A DNA stretch of 64,000 bases from the NCBI GenBank assembly GCA_905234195.1, contig CAJOFR010000001.1:99057-163056 (forward strand). Reading direction: 5' to 3'. Position numbers and translations under genes: made by a program. Below, piece after piece: positions 1 through 10,900 of the stretch. The notes under the pieces were generated by a model, which was not told the DNA's origin, made no database searches, and worked only from the letters and a program-made list of their open reading frames with translations. How positions within the stretch are numbered: the first letter of the stretch is position 1; each line of letters begins with the position of its first letter. The DNA is from an uncultured Selenomonadaceae bacterium (lineage in GTDB: Bacteria; Bacillota; Negativicutes; Selenomonadales; Selenomonadaceae).

Positions 1-164
1 AAATTGTTGACAGCATGAAAAAAAGAGTGATTGAAATCGAGGATGGGCACATAGTTCGCGATGAAATAAAAGGACTTTATGAAAAAATCGGGAAAAAGGA
101 TGTTGTTGTTCCAAAAATTGGTTCAAATAATCAAAAATTCGGAGCTGGTTCTGTAAGGAGGTGA
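1..164 (+). CDS. ftsE: FtsE cell-division ABC ATPase, C-terminal fragment (5-prime end lies outside the window)
   Basis: The frame is open from nt 3 to TGA 162-164. The tail IVDSMKKRVIEIEDGHIVRDE matches the conserved FtsE C-terminus. It lies 10 nt upstream of ftsX, as in ftsEX operons. Confidence 0.6.
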   Translation, partial: IVDSMKKRVIEIEDGHIVRDEIKGLYEKIGKKDVVVPKIGSNNQKFGAGSVRR

Positions 165-174
165 ATTGTGAGGA

Positions 175-1062
175 ATGAAACTACAAAATATCCAATATTA
201 TTTTCGCGAAGTAGTGGTATCAATGGCGCGAAATCGTTGGATGACATTTGCATCTATCGGGACAGTTGCGGTATCGTTATTTGTGCTTGGAATATTTCTG
301 ATTCTAATAGCAAATATGACAAATCTAGCGTCTGAACTTGAAAGTCAGGTGCAAATTTCAGTTTATCTAAAAGATGAACTGAAAACTCAAGATCAAGAAA
401 ATATTAAGAATAAGTTAAAAAATTTGACAAATGTCACTGAAGTCAGGTATGTCAGCAAAGAGGAAGCCTTTCAAACATTACAAAGACGACTTGGCGAAAA
501 ACAAAAAATATTGGAGGCACTTGGAGAATCAAATCCATTACCAAATTCATTCTCTGTAACAGTAAAAATAGCGGATGACGTACAGAAAACGGCAGAAATA
601 ATTTCTAAATTCAATGGCGTTGAGGAAGTTAGTTACGGGCAAGAGGTCGCGATAAATATTTTCGACGTAACGCGTTTAATACGTGTATTGGGTTTCGTTT
701 TAATGATTATACTGACAGGAGCGACAATTTTCATAATTTCTAATACAATTCGATTAACTGTCTTTGCGCGCCGAAAGGAAATCGCAGTAATGAAGTATGT
801 CGGAGCAACCGACTGGTTTATACGTTGGCCTTTTGTCTTGGAGGGTACAGTGTTTGGATTAATTGGTGGCGGTATCAGCGCAATAGCTCTACGAAGTTTT
901 TACTCTGCGATGAGCGAAAGAATTTATTCTACACTTGCGTTTTTTCCGATAGTTGAGCAACATCCGTTCATGAATTATCTTACTGTTGTACTAATACTTT
1001 CAGGAATCGCAGTCGGAGTTTTGGGTAGCACGGTTTCGCTGAAAAAATTTTTGGAGGTGTAG
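175..1062 (+). CDS. ftsX: FtsX cell-division permease-like protein
   Basis: 295 aa. It has an N-terminal TM, a periplasmic loop domain and three C-terminal TMs (motif RRKEIAVMKYVGATDWFIRWPF typical of FtsX). An AGGAGG RBS lies upstream and the gene follows ftsE. Confidence 0.85.
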   Translation: MKLQNIQYYFREVVVSMARNRWMTFASIGTVAVSLFVLGIFLILIANMTNLASELESQVQISVYLKDELKTQDQENIKNKLKNLTNVTEVRYVSKEEAFQTLQRRLGEKQKILEALGESNPLPNSFSVTVKIADDVQKTAEIISKFNGVEEVSYGQEVAINIFDVTRLIRVLGFVLMIILTGATIFIISNTIRLTVFARRKEIAVMKYVGATDWFIRWPFVLEGTVFGLIGGGISAIALRSFYSAMSERIYSTLAFFPIVEQHPFMNYLTVVLILSGIAVGVLGSTVSLKKFLEV

Positions 1063-1065
1063 GGC

Positions 1066-2307
1066 GTGCGCAATTTTTTGTTTTTATTGATAATTTTAAA
1101 TTTAACCATCGGTACGGCATTTTCCGCAGAAACTCTGGAAAGAAAAAAAGCTACGTACGATACTGCGGCCGAGAACGCCCGTCAAATATCGGATTCCATT
1201 CAAAATAAAATAAACTCTGTGTCGGATGTGAAGCGCGTTTTAGACGAGGAAGCAAACTTAGCTACTGCTGATTACGAAGCAAAAAACACCGCACTTAATG
1301 AAACTTTGAAACGCATTGCCGAGAATGAACAAAAACTTTCTGAAATTGAGAAAAACTATAAAAGTAGTCATAAAGTGCTTGAAAAACGTGTTCGAGATGT
1401 TTACATAAATGGGCAGATTTCGTACGTTGATGTTGTTTTTGGAGCTCAAGATTTTGGAGATTTTATAACGCGGATGGATTTGCTTAAGCGGATTTTAATT
1501 CACGATTCGGAATTGATAAATTCCGTTCTTAACGACAAGGCTGAGGTTGAAAATTTAGGGAGAAAACTTGAGTCCGACAGAAAACTTCAAGCAGATCAAA
1601 TAGAAATTGCGGCAAAAGCTAAAAAAATTAAACTTGAAAAGGTCGCCGAGCAACAAGATCTCATAGATAAAATGCAAAGTAATAAAGAAATTTTTGATAA
1701 ACAGTACGATGAAATGATGGCTGCGTCAAAGGAAATTGAACGACTAATCCAGGAAAATAAATATCGTTTGGCGGCAAGAGCGGCTGAACAAGAACAGCGT
1801 CGTCAGGCTCAAAAGGCGAAAGTTCAACAAGAAAAAAAAGATAGGGCTCAAAAAAAATCAAAGCCTGTTGAATCACAAATTCCTCACGAGGACGAGGAAC
1901 CTCAAATTTATGTTCCTGCCGGAAATGGTGCGATGATTTGGCCTGTCTCTGGTCCAATAACTTCTGAATTTGGTTGGCGCGACCATCCGATTTCTGGCGG
2001 ACAAAAATTTCATAGTGGAATTGATATTGGGGCAGATTACGGGGAACCAATTCATGCGGCGAAAAGTGGGGTTGTGATTCACGCAGGGTGGATTGACGGC
2101 TATGGAAATACTGTTATGATAGAGCACGACAATAATATTGTCACGCTTTATGGGCATAATCAAAGTCTTGCTGTCGAAGTCGGTCAGTCAGTTAATCAAG
2201 GACAAGTTGTTGCATACTGCGGATCCACCGGAAATTCTACAGGTCCGCATTGTCATTTTGAAGTCAGGTTGAATGGCGAGCCCGTCAGCCCGTACGACTA
2301 TTTGTAA
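1066..2307 (+). CDS. Secreted coiled-coil M23 (LytM-type) metallopeptidase, a likely FtsEX-associated murein hydrolase
   Basis: It has a signal peptide, a long coiled coil and a C-terminal M23 domain with intact HSGIDI and GPHCHFEV zinc motifs. GTG start. It sits immediately after ftsX. Confidence 0.85.
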   Translation: MRNFLFLLIILNLTIGTAFSAETLERKKATYDTAAENARQISDSIQNKINSVSDVKRVLDEEANLATADYEAKNTALNETLKRIAENEQKLSEIEKNYKSSHKVLEKRVRDVYINGQISYVDVVFGAQDFGDFITRMDLLKRILIHDSELINSVLNDKAEVENLGRKLESDRKLQADQIEIAAKAKKIKLEKVAEQQDLIDKMQSNKEIFDKQYDEMMAASKEIERLIQENKYRLAARAAEQEQRRQAQKAKVQQEKKDRAQKKSKPVESQIPHEDEEPQIYVPAGNGAMIWPVSGPITSEFGWRDHPISGGQKFHSGIDIGADYGEPIHAAKSGVVIHAGWIDGYGNTVMIEHDNNIVTLYGHNQSLAVEVGQSVNQGQVVAYCGSTGNSTGPHCHFEVRLNGEPVSPYDYL

Positions 2308-2317
2308 AGGATTTTTT

Positions 2318-4693
2318 ATGATTAACGATTATTTTAATGTTTTGGAATTTGATAAAATTCGTGCTCAATTAAAAAATTATGCTACGAGTAATTTTGGAAA
2401 AGAGCTTGCCGCATCTATTGAGCCAAATAGCGACGTCGATACCGTTCGCTTTAGTCTCGAATTGACGACGGAAGCCGTGAAAATTTTTGCAGTAACTTCT
2501 CCTCCACTTGGCGGTATTCGCGATATTCGTGAGACTTTAAAAAAAATTGCGCTTGGGAGTTCTGCCGGTGCAGGTGAACTTGCCGATGTTCTTTCGACGA
2601 TGTGTGCTATGCGCAATGTAAAAAAATTTTTTAAGGAAATTGATATAGATGCTCCACATTTGAAAAAACAAGCTACTCAAGTTGAAATTCTCGGCAATCT
2701 TGAAAATCAACTTAACAGCGCGATTGATGAGCACGGCATTGTCAAAGATACTGCGAGCATCGAACTCCAGAAAATTCGTCGAGATCTTCGTCTTGCTCAA
2801 AATAGAGTCAAAACTGAAATTTTTAATATCCTCCATGATGCGGGCAAGCAAAAATTTTTTCAAGATGCAATCATAACAATGCGCGGAGATCGTTATGTCA
2901 TTCCTGTCAAGTTGGAGTATAAATCGCAATTTCCCGGTATTATCCATGACCAGTCAGCGACTGGGGCAACGGTTTTTATTGAACCTATGGCGATTGTAAA
3001 TCTTAATAACGATATTCGTCAACTGGAGGTTGAGGAAAAAAATGAAGTTGCACGGATTTTGCGAATTTTATGTGAGGCAATCAGAAAAAATTCCAATGAA
3101 CTACTGAACAACGTCGAAATTTTAGCGAAAGTCGACTTGGTTTTCGCAAAGGCAAAGTTCGCGCAGGAACTCAACGCGACTGAACCCATTCTTGGAAGTT
3201 ATACGGATTTAAGAGCCGCGCGACATCCCCTAATCTCGCCGAAACACGTCGTACCTATCGACATAAAGCTAGGTGAAGAATTTTCGATATTGCTTGTCAC
3301 GGGACCAAATACCGGCGGAAAAACTGTTTCGATGAAAACTTTGGGACTTTTGGCGTTGATGGCGCAATCTGGGCTTTATATTCCGGCGGCTTCCAATTCA
3401 ATGCTTGCGGTATACGGTAATATTTTCGCTGATATAGGCGATGAGCAGTCGATTGAGCAGAGTTTGTCGACATTCTCGGCGCATATGACGAAAATTGTTG
3501 AAATTTTAAAAAATGTGCAACCAAATGATTTGGTTTTGATTGATGAAATTGGCGCGGGGACTGACCCCGACGAGGGAGCGGCTTTGGCTATGGCGATTTT
3601 GGGGAGACTTTTGAAAATTCAAGTTTCCACTATGGCGACGACTCACTATTCTGAATTGAAAACTTTTGCCTATTCGACTGAGGGAATTGAAAACGCTTGT
3701 GTCGAATTCAATGTCGAAACTTTACAACCGACCTATCGCCTTTTAATCGGAATACCTGGCGCAAGTAATGCTTTTGCTATAAGCAAGCGGCTCGGTTTGC
3801 ACATGAGCTTGATTCGTCGTGCAAAAAAATTTCTCAAAGCGGATCACGCGAATTTTGAAAAGGTTATTTCTGATCTTGAATCAAAGCGACTTGTCTACGA
3901 AGAGAAAAATTTTGAAATTAACAGACTTCAGAATAAAATTGCTAAACGTGAAAAAGAAATTACCGCAATGCGCGACGAAATTGCAAAAACTAAAAGTGAT
4001 ATTATCAAAAAGGCGCGCGAAAAATCTGCGGCTATGGTCAGAGAAACGCGTCGCGAGGCTGAGGAAATTATCGCTTCACTTAAGGAACAATTCAATGATT
4101 CCGGTATTCAACAGCGGCAGAAAATCATTCAAAACGCTCGCGATAAAATCACTGAGGCTGAAATTGAGACTGCCCCTACCATTATTGCCGACAGTTCAAT
4201 CGGCAAGCGCATAAATAAAAAATATCTTTTCGTTGGTGATACAATTTACGTCAAGCCGCTTGACCAACAAGGAACAGTACTTTCTATCGGAAAAGATGCG
4301 AATGAACTTTTCGTGCAGGTTGGCGCGATGAAAATGACGGTTAAAACTTCGGATTGTCGATTTATCAGTCACAATCAAGAGGACAACAGCACCGTGATTT
4401 CTTCGGATGAAAATCGCGGAACTGTTGGACTTTTGCAAAAAGTTTCTACTGCCAGTCGAAATTTGGACGTTCGCGGCATGATGGTCAACGAGGCTGAACA
4501 AATTTGTGGTAAATTTATCGACGACGCGCAGCTTGCCGGTCTGAAACAAGTCTTGATAATTCACGGCAAGGGAACAGGCGCACTTCGTCAAGGTATTCAT
4601 GAATTTTTGCGTTATCATGGCGCCGTTGAAAAATTTCAGCTCGCAGATATTGATGAGGGCGGCGCGGGAGCTACATTAATCACTTTGAAATAA
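2318..4693 (+). CDS. mutS2: Endonuclease MutS2 (MutS domain with Walker A GPNTGGKT plus a C-terminal Smr domain)
   Basis: The motifs GPNTGGKTV, DEIGAGTDP and the Smr tail LDVRGMMVNEA...IIHGKGTGALR are present. I chose ATG 2318 (MINDYFNVLEF) because track start 2273 overlaps the M23 gene. Confidence 0.9.
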   Translation: MINDYFNVLEFDKIRAQLKNYATSNFGKELAASIEPNSDVDTVRFSLELTTEAVKIFAVTSPPLGGIRDIRETLKKIALGSSAGAGELADVLSTMCAMRNVKKFFKEIDIDAPHLKKQATQVEILGNLENQLNSAIDEHGIVKDTASIELQKIRRDLRLAQNRVKTEIFNILHDAGKQKFFQDAIITMRGDRYVIPVKLEYKSQFPGIIHDQSATGATVFIEPMAIVNLNNDIRQLEVEEKNEVARILRILCEAIRKNSNELLNNVEILAKVDLVFAKAKFAQELNATEPILGSYTDLRAARHPLISPKHVVPIDIKLGEEFSILLVTGPNTGGKTVSMKTLGLLALMAQSGLYIPAASNSMLAVYGNIFADIGDEQSIEQSLSTFSAHMTKIVEILKNVQPNDLVLIDEIGAGTDPDEGAALAMAILGRLLKIQVSTMATTHYSELKTFAYSTEGIENACVEFNVETLQPTYRLLIGIPGASNAFAISKRLGLHMSLIRRAKKFLKADHANFEKVISDLESKRLVYEEKNFEINRLQNKIAKREKEITAMRDEIAKTKSDIIKKAREKSAAMVRETRREAEEIIASLKEQFNDSGIQQRQKIIQNARDKITEAEIETAPTIIADSSIGKRINKKYLFVGDTIYVKPLDQQGTVLSIGKDANELFVQVGAMKMTVKTSDCRFISHNQEDNSTVISSDENRGTVGLLQKVSTASRNLDVRGMMVNEAEQICGKFIDDAQLAGLKQVLIIHGKGTGALRQGIHEFLRYHGAVEKFQLADIDEGGAGATLITLK

Positions 4694-4708
4694 AGGCGGT
4701 GTGTTGTT

Positions 4709-5956
4709 ATGAAAGATGTGGATATCGGAGGTAAATTCAAAAAATTAATTCGTTTTGGGCTGGTATTTTCTTTGATATTGGCTGTCGTCATAGGTTACGG
4801 GATTTTCCGTCACTATCATCATGGCGAAGATTTGCAGATAGCCGAAGCGAAAGTAACCGGAACTATGGTTTCAGCGCGAACTTTAGTCGGCGGTAGGACT
4901 CAGGAATTTTTGTTTTCAGATGGTGATGAAGTTCAGGCGGGCGACGTGATTGCACGACTCGAAGTCAAAATCACAGCAAAAGATATAAAACGTCTCGAAA
5001 ATGCGGTTAAACTTGCCAAACAAAATTATGAAAAACTAAAGTTGGGGCAGACCGTCAAAGTTGCAGTTACGAGAACTAGAACATTGCCTGGATCAACGGT
5101 GGCTACTCCTTACTCTATGCCACGAAGAACCACCGGCTCAACTGCTTTATCAAGCCTGGAAGAACGAGCCAGCCGAATGGACGAGCTTTACGAAATGGGA
5201 GCAGTCAGCGCGACCCAACGAGACTCCGCGCGCAGGGCTTACGAAAATGCGAGGATGGAATCTTATTCGTCACCTTCAACACAATATTCGACCATTCCTT
5301 CCAGAGTGATAGAAGAAACTGAATATGTCGATCAGTTGCAACCCACGCCGCCAAAAGTGTTGGAAAATGCCGAAAAATCGGTAAAACAGGCGGAACTTGC
5401 GTTGAATATTGCCCTGCAAGAAGCTCAAAAAACTGATATTGTCGCGCCGGTCAGTGGTACCATTTATTACGTCGCGGAATTAGACGAAAATTTAAATGCC
5501 GGAAATGTTATAGCAAGAATCGGCGACAGCAACGAGCTTTGGCTTGCGGCTGAAGTTTCTGAGGAAGTTTTTAATAAAGTTCAGCTGGGCAAAACGGTAG
5601 ATTACGTAATTGCAGGCAATGATTTAAAAGGTACTGTAATTGAAAAAATTTCTCCCGATGAACCGGAAGAAATTGAAGACGATGAAAATTCCTCAGAAGA
5701 GTCGTCTGACAGTGAAAATATTTCCGAAAATGATCAGAATTTGGAAAATAACGATACCGAAGATTTAAATTTGGACGAAGATACGCAACTCGAGGAAGAA
5801 TCTGACGACGAGGACTTGGACGACGAAGAAAATACTTTGGCGCGTCCGCACAAGCCTCTCAATGACAAGTATATCTTGCGTGTGTCTTTACCTACGGAGC
5901 GAAATTTTGTCTGCAAACCGAATAATACAACTACACTTAAAATTCATTTGTTTTAA
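4709..5956 (+). CDS. HlyD/biotin-lipoyl-like periplasmic adaptor family protein with a long acidic low-complexity insert
   Basis: It has an N-terminal TM, a lipoyl-like hairpin (VQAGDVIARLE ... IVAPVSGTIYYV), a coiled coil and a beta-barrel segment. No cognate transporter gene is adjacent. Confidence 0.6.
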   Translation: MKDVDIGGKFKKLIRFGLVFSLILAVVIGYGIFRHYHHGEDLQIAEAKVTGTMVSARTLVGGRTQEFLFSDGDEVQAGDVIARLEVKITAKDIKRLENAVKLAKQNYEKLKLGQTVKVAVTRTRTLPGSTVATPYSMPRRTTGSTALSSLEERASRMDELYEMGAVSATQRDSARRAYENARMESYSSPSTQYSTIPSRVIEETEYVDQLQPTPPKVLENAEKSVKQAELALNIALQEAQKTDIVAPVSGTIYYVAELDENLNAGNVIARIGDSNELWLAAEVSEEVFNKVQLGKTVDYVIAGNDLKGTVIEKISPDEPEEIEDDENSSEESSDSENISENDQNLENNDTEDLNLDEDTQLEEESDDEDLDDEENTLARPHKPLNDKYILRVSLPTERNFVCKPNNTTTLKIHLF

Positions 5957-5967
5957 AAATTTATAAA

Positions 5968-6474
5968 TTAACGTTTCTTTTTCTTTCTAGATTTGGATTT
6001 AGTTGAATTTTTTGGTGAACGAGTCGCGTTCGCAATTTGTGCTTTAACCTTTTCGTCCTTTTCCTTTTGTTTCTCTGAAGTCTTTTTGTCGCGTTGCATT
6101 TTGGCGTAATCCATACCGATTTTGGCGATTTTGTGCCTCACCGCCATCATAGGATGCGAAAGAAGCATTTTCTTTTGACCGGCATTCATAATTTCTATAA
6201 ATTCCTTCGTCTGGTTTTCACCAAAGCAAGGAGTTTCGCAGCGATCGCAAATCGGCTTTCCAATTCCGTAAGGACAACGCTGAATCCTCAACATAACTGT
6301 CGTTAAAAGCGCGGTACACTTCGGACAAAGTTTTCCGTCCTTAGTGTCGTGGTGACTATTGCAATAAACTCCAAAAGTCTTGCGAATATTTTCTCGCTCC
6401 TTAGGAACGTTATTTTTTAATTCCGGTTCTTTCCTTTTAGGCAGGAGTTTTTTTATCTTGTCGAGTATTCCCAT
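5968..6474 (-). CDS. Nitrous-oxide-stimulated-promoter (YgbA-like) Cys-rich protein with a Lys-rich tail
   Basis: The pattern CNSHH...LCPKCTALL...RCPYG..KPICDRCETPCFG...LLSHPMMAVRH matches my recollection of the YgbA_NO family. Confidence 0.6.
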   Translation of the reverse strand: MGILDKIKKLLPKRKEPELKNNVPKERENIRKTFGVYCNSHHDTKDGKLCPKCTALLTTVMLRIQRCPYGIGKPICDRCETPCFGENQTKEFIEIMNAGQKKMLLSHPMMAVRHKIAKIGMDYAKMQRDKKTSEKQKEKDEKVKAQIANATRSPKNSTKSKSRKKKKR

Positions 6475-6553
6475 AAATTACCCTCTTTTCAATGAAATTT
6501 CATATATTGTAAGCGTTAATCAAAATAAAAGCAAGCAGCAAAGGTTGGTTGAT

Positions 6554-6748
6554 ATGGATTTTTTAAAAAAACATGCCAAACAAATCTCAAATTTGTTGGT
6601 TTTTCTTGCGGTGATTATTGCAATTTTTGTTAAGCTGGACGAGGACGGATCGGATGCTTTTTTTAAGGAAAACGATCTATATATTTTCGCCGGAATTGCT
6701 TTAATTTTTCTTCTGTTTAGTTTTTTTAGTAGGTTTAAGAAAAAATAA
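6554..6748 (+). CDS. Small two-TM membrane protein (64 aa), function unknown
   Basis: ATG 6554 is preceded by AAGG. The product has two hydrophobic helices. The longer track ORF (from 6380) overlaps the ygbA-like gene. Confidence 0.4.
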   Translation: MDFLKKHAKQISNLLVFLAVIIAIFVKLDEDGSDAFFKENDLYIFAGIALIFLLFSFFSRFKKK

Positions 6749-6759
6749 CGGAGTTCGCT

Positions 6760-7821
6760 ATGTCTAAAAATAAATCTCATAAACGGAAAAACACCGTCAA
6801 ACTTAACAAACGAATAAAAATTTCCGCCTGTTACATTGTGAAAAATGAGGCGGAGAATTTGAAGACTTCTCTGGAGAGTTTGAAACAATTTGTAGACGAA
6901 ATTATAGTGGTGGATACCGGTTCGAGCGATGCTACTGTCGATGTTGCCAAAAATTTTGGTGCAAAAATTTTCTACGAATCCTGGCAAAATGATTTTTCCA
7001 CTCCACGCAATATTGCCTTGAATAATGCTTCGGGAGATTGGATAATTTTTCTGGACGCTGATGAATATTTCACGAGTCTTACCGCTAAAAATATTCGCTT
7101 TGCTGTCGAACGTGCTGAACAATTTAGAAAAAATGCTATGCTGGTCTATCTGGTGAATATCGACGTTGATGATGGAAATAAAATTCTCGATGCGAACTAT
7201 ATCATGAGAATTTTTAAAAATTTACCGCAAATCAATTATGTAGGTAAGATTCATGAAGAATTACGCGTTGGAGATAATCCTTTGACTGAAGTCACCTTCG
7301 CGCCGCCAAATATTTTAACCCTGTATCACATGGGCTATTCGTCTAAACTCAATAGAACTAAAGCAGAAAGAAATTTAAAACTTCTTCTTGAAGAGCTGGC
7401 TGAAACAAATGAACCGCAAAGGATTTATGGATATATCGCCGAATGTTATAAGGGACTTGATGATTTAGTTAATGCTGAAAAATTTGCTGTACTCGATATC
7501 GAGTCAGTGAGTCGCCAAAAAATGTTTTCAACTCGTTCCTACAGAATTATGCTTAATATTTTGGCGAATATTCCCGAAAGATTAAGTGACCGTGAAAAAT
7601 TTGCCGCAAAAGCCGTCGAAAATTTTCCGGCAATACCCGAATTTACCGCAGAACTTGCCGAATGCTATGCCGCACAAGAAAATTATCCAAAAGCTGTCGA
7701 AACGATGACTCAAGCGTTGCAAAAATTTGAAAATTATCGAGGTTTGGAGCCGTCTTTCTTCGATAAGGATATGGCAATGTTCGCAGAACACAGAATAAAA
7801 ATTTGGTTGGAAAAATTTTAA
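6760..7821 (+). CDS. Family-2 glycosyltransferase with a C-terminal TPR-like region
   Basis: The GT-A signature is present: ISACYIVKNEAENL, VVDTGSSD, DWIIFLDADEY. A GGAG RBS lies upstream. Confidence 0.8.
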   Translation: MSKNKSHKRKNTVKLNKRIKISACYIVKNEAENLKTSLESLKQFVDEIIVVDTGSSDATVDVAKNFGAKIFYESWQNDFSTPRNIALNNASGDWIIFLDADEYFTSLTAKNIRFAVERAEQFRKNAMLVYLVNIDVDDGNKILDANYIMRIFKNLPQINYVGKIHEELRVGDNPLTEVTFAPPNILTLYHMGYSSKLNRTKAERNLKLLLEELAETNEPQRIYGYIAECYKGLDDLVNAEKFAVLDIESVSRQKMFSTRSYRIMLNILANIPERLSDREKFAAKAVENFPAIPEFTAELAECYAAQENYPKAVETMTQALQKFENYRGLEPSFFDKDMAMFAEHRIKIWLEKF

Positions 7822-7900
7822 ATGAAAAATACTACCACAAATAATTTCTTTGTGTTAAAATAGTCGGCGGCGAAATTTTGTTTTGGAGGTTAAGTAGTAA

Positions 7901-10900
7901 ATGCGAAAAATCAAACCCAATAAAAAAGATGTTGAGAAAAAACGGAAAAAAGTTGCTAAACTTATGGAGGAGTTGTTTCGCTATCACGGCACTCTGCATG
8001 ACGAGGCGAAAACTCTTGAGACGGTGAAGGCAATTAGCGAGCTTGAGCCGGATGATCCGATTCCGGCAGAGAAAGTAGCGTCGATTTATGTAGATTATCA
8101 TAGGACAAACGAAGCTGATAAGGCCGTGACTTATCTGGAGAAAAAGTTTCCGCCGTCGCCGTACAGACTCTTTTTGCGCTCACGTGTTTGCGATTTGAAG
8201 CAGGATTATGGCGGATGTATCGAATATTCTGAAAAGGCGTTAACTTACAACAATATAGATTTATTGACGCGAATGATGGTTTATAATATTTTGGGGCATG
8301 CTTATCGTTATGCCGGCGACGCTCCAAATTCTTTGAAGTATTACGAACTTAGCGCCAAGCTTGATCCGGAAGGCATGAAGGATCCGAATTTGCGCGTCTA
8401 TGTCGATAGAATTAAGCGAGAGGATTATAGCAATTTCCTTTTCAGTTTGCATAACGTTAATGTCAGTCGTGAAAAACTTTTTGAGGAAATTTGCGGATTT
8501 AATGAGCTTTATGAACATGTTCAGAGATTTGAGCACGACCCCGCCACTCATCCAAAGCATGACAAAATTCGCATTGGTTATATTTCTCCGGACATTCGTC
8601 GCCATGTTGTTGCATTTTTTAGCTATGCTTTCTACAAATGCTATGATAAAACTCGTTTTGAAGTTTACATTTACGCTAAAAACAAAGAAGATAAAATTGC
8701 TGAAGAATTTAAAAAAGGAGTTGACGGTTTTAGAAATATTCTCTTTGATGATCCTGCAGTTGCGGCAAAGAGAATTAAAGATGACGAAATTGATATTCTT
8801 GTCGACCTTTCAGGGCATACTGCAAATAACGTGATGAATGTTGTTTGTCACAAGCCCGCGCCTGTGATTATCAGCGCGATTGGTTGGTTCAACACCACCG
8901 GAGTCAAGGCGATTGATTATTTCATGGTCGACAAGTACACTGACCCCGTCGGGCTTAACGAAAAATTCTTTACGGAAAAACTTCTTCGTCTGCAGCACAG
9001 TCATTTTTGTTACATGTGGCATGACGATCCCACCGTTGTTAATCCTGCGCCTTGCACGAAGAACGGATATATCACTTTTATAAGTTTTAATAATTTTACG
9101 AAAGTTACCGATGAGACCTTGCGAGTTTGGGCTAAGATTGTTAATGCCGTGCCCAATGCGAAACTTTACTTGAAGGGAAAAGCTTTTCGTGATAAGTACG
9201 GCACGGACAAGGCGATTGCTCGAATTGAAGCGGCCGGATTGTCGCGCGAAAAACTTATCTATGAGCCTGACGAGCAAAAATATTTGCAGAAGTACTCCAA
9301 AGCGGATATTGCGCTGGATACGTTCCCTTATCCTGGTGGCGGAACTACTTGTGACGCGCTTTATATGGGGTTGCCCGTGATAACTTTGGTGCAAGATCGT
9401 CATAATTCGCGTTTCGGATATTCGCTTTTGAAAAACGTCGGACTTGAGGAACTTTGCACTTTCAGCGAAGAGGAGTATATTCAAAAGGCGGTTGAGCTTG
9501 CGAACGATTGGGATCGCGTCCGTGATTATCATTTGACGATTCGTCGTAAAATGGAGGAGTCGCCCGTCATGAATGATGCCATTTATATGGGCGAGGTTGA
9601 GGCGGCCTATGAAAAAATTTATCATGCTTGGATGAATGGTGAAGAGTTGCCGGACTTTCCGCAGGACGCGCCGCCGATTACTCCTGAAGAGGCTGAAGAT
9701 TGTTATAATCGTGCTTTGGGTTATATTCAACTTGAAAAAGGATTTGCGGACGGCAAAATTAACAACCAGATTAATATCAAGCGTGCACTCTATTACTTCA
9801 CTTTGGCCGCGCAGGCAGATGAGAAACATGGCGCAGAGATTTTCTTGATGATTGCCGCATGTAAACAGGAATTGCTTGACTATGTTGGAGCTTACAAGGC
9901 GATTTGTGAGGCTGGAGAGCATATTTACAAAGAAAACCAAAATCTTGAAAATTTTGCTTCAAAATTCCTGCAACAATACCATGAACGTCGTGCGAAACTT
10001 GCGCTCTTGAATGGCAATCCTGTTGAAGCTGCGGATAATTATGATAAGGCGTCGCAGTATGCTGATAATTTGAAGGAAAAATCTGCGTTTTACAGTTCGT
10101 CTTTGTCGTGTTTGAATTTTACCGATATGTCCAGCGAAGATTTGGCGGCGGCACACTTTGATTATCAAAAATTTGTTGACGCTATCCAGCCTTACACCGA
10201 GTATCACGAGCGCGAAGGCAGAATAAAAATTGGGTATCTTTCGCCGGATTTCCGTCAAGGTGCACTTTTTACAATTTCTTTCGGTCTGCTTGTGTCGCAT
10301 GACAAAAAGAAATTCGAGGTCACTTGCTATAGTTTGAATGAAACGGAAGATATTTACACGAAACTTTTCAAGAGCCGTGTCGAGCATTTTGAAGATGTTA
10401 GCCGCTTGAATTATGCTGAAATTGCGGAAAAAATTCATAACGATAAAATTGACGTCCTCATTGATCTTGCAGGACATTCAGCCGGAAATGCTCTGCCTGT
10501 TCTAGCCTACAAACCCGCGCCGATTCAAATTAGTGGGCTTGGCTATATGGCGACGACCGGCATGAAGACGGTAGATTATTTCATAAGCGATGAGACCATT
10601 GATCCGCCAAATGAGCACGACAAATTCTTCACCGAGAAACTTTTGTACCTGCCTTGTCAGTTCAGCTACGCGCAGCGCGAAGATGTTCCCACGCCGAAAT
10701 ATGCGCCTTGCACAAAGCGCGATTATGTTGTTTTTGGAACAGTTTGTCGCTATCAGAAGATAAATGACGATATTTTGCAAATTTGGAAAAAAATTCTTGA
10801 TCGAGTTCCTAAATCGGTTCTTTTAATGCGCGCGCAGGAATTTGCAAGCAACTCGACTATTGACCAAATTTACGATAGAATGAAAAAAATCGGTATTAAC

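Noticed and set aside
2273-2317. The upstream start of mutS2 overlapping the M23 peptidase gene.
   Set aside because: ATG 2318 gives the canonical MutS2 N-terminus, whereas the earlier start lies inside the preceding gene.
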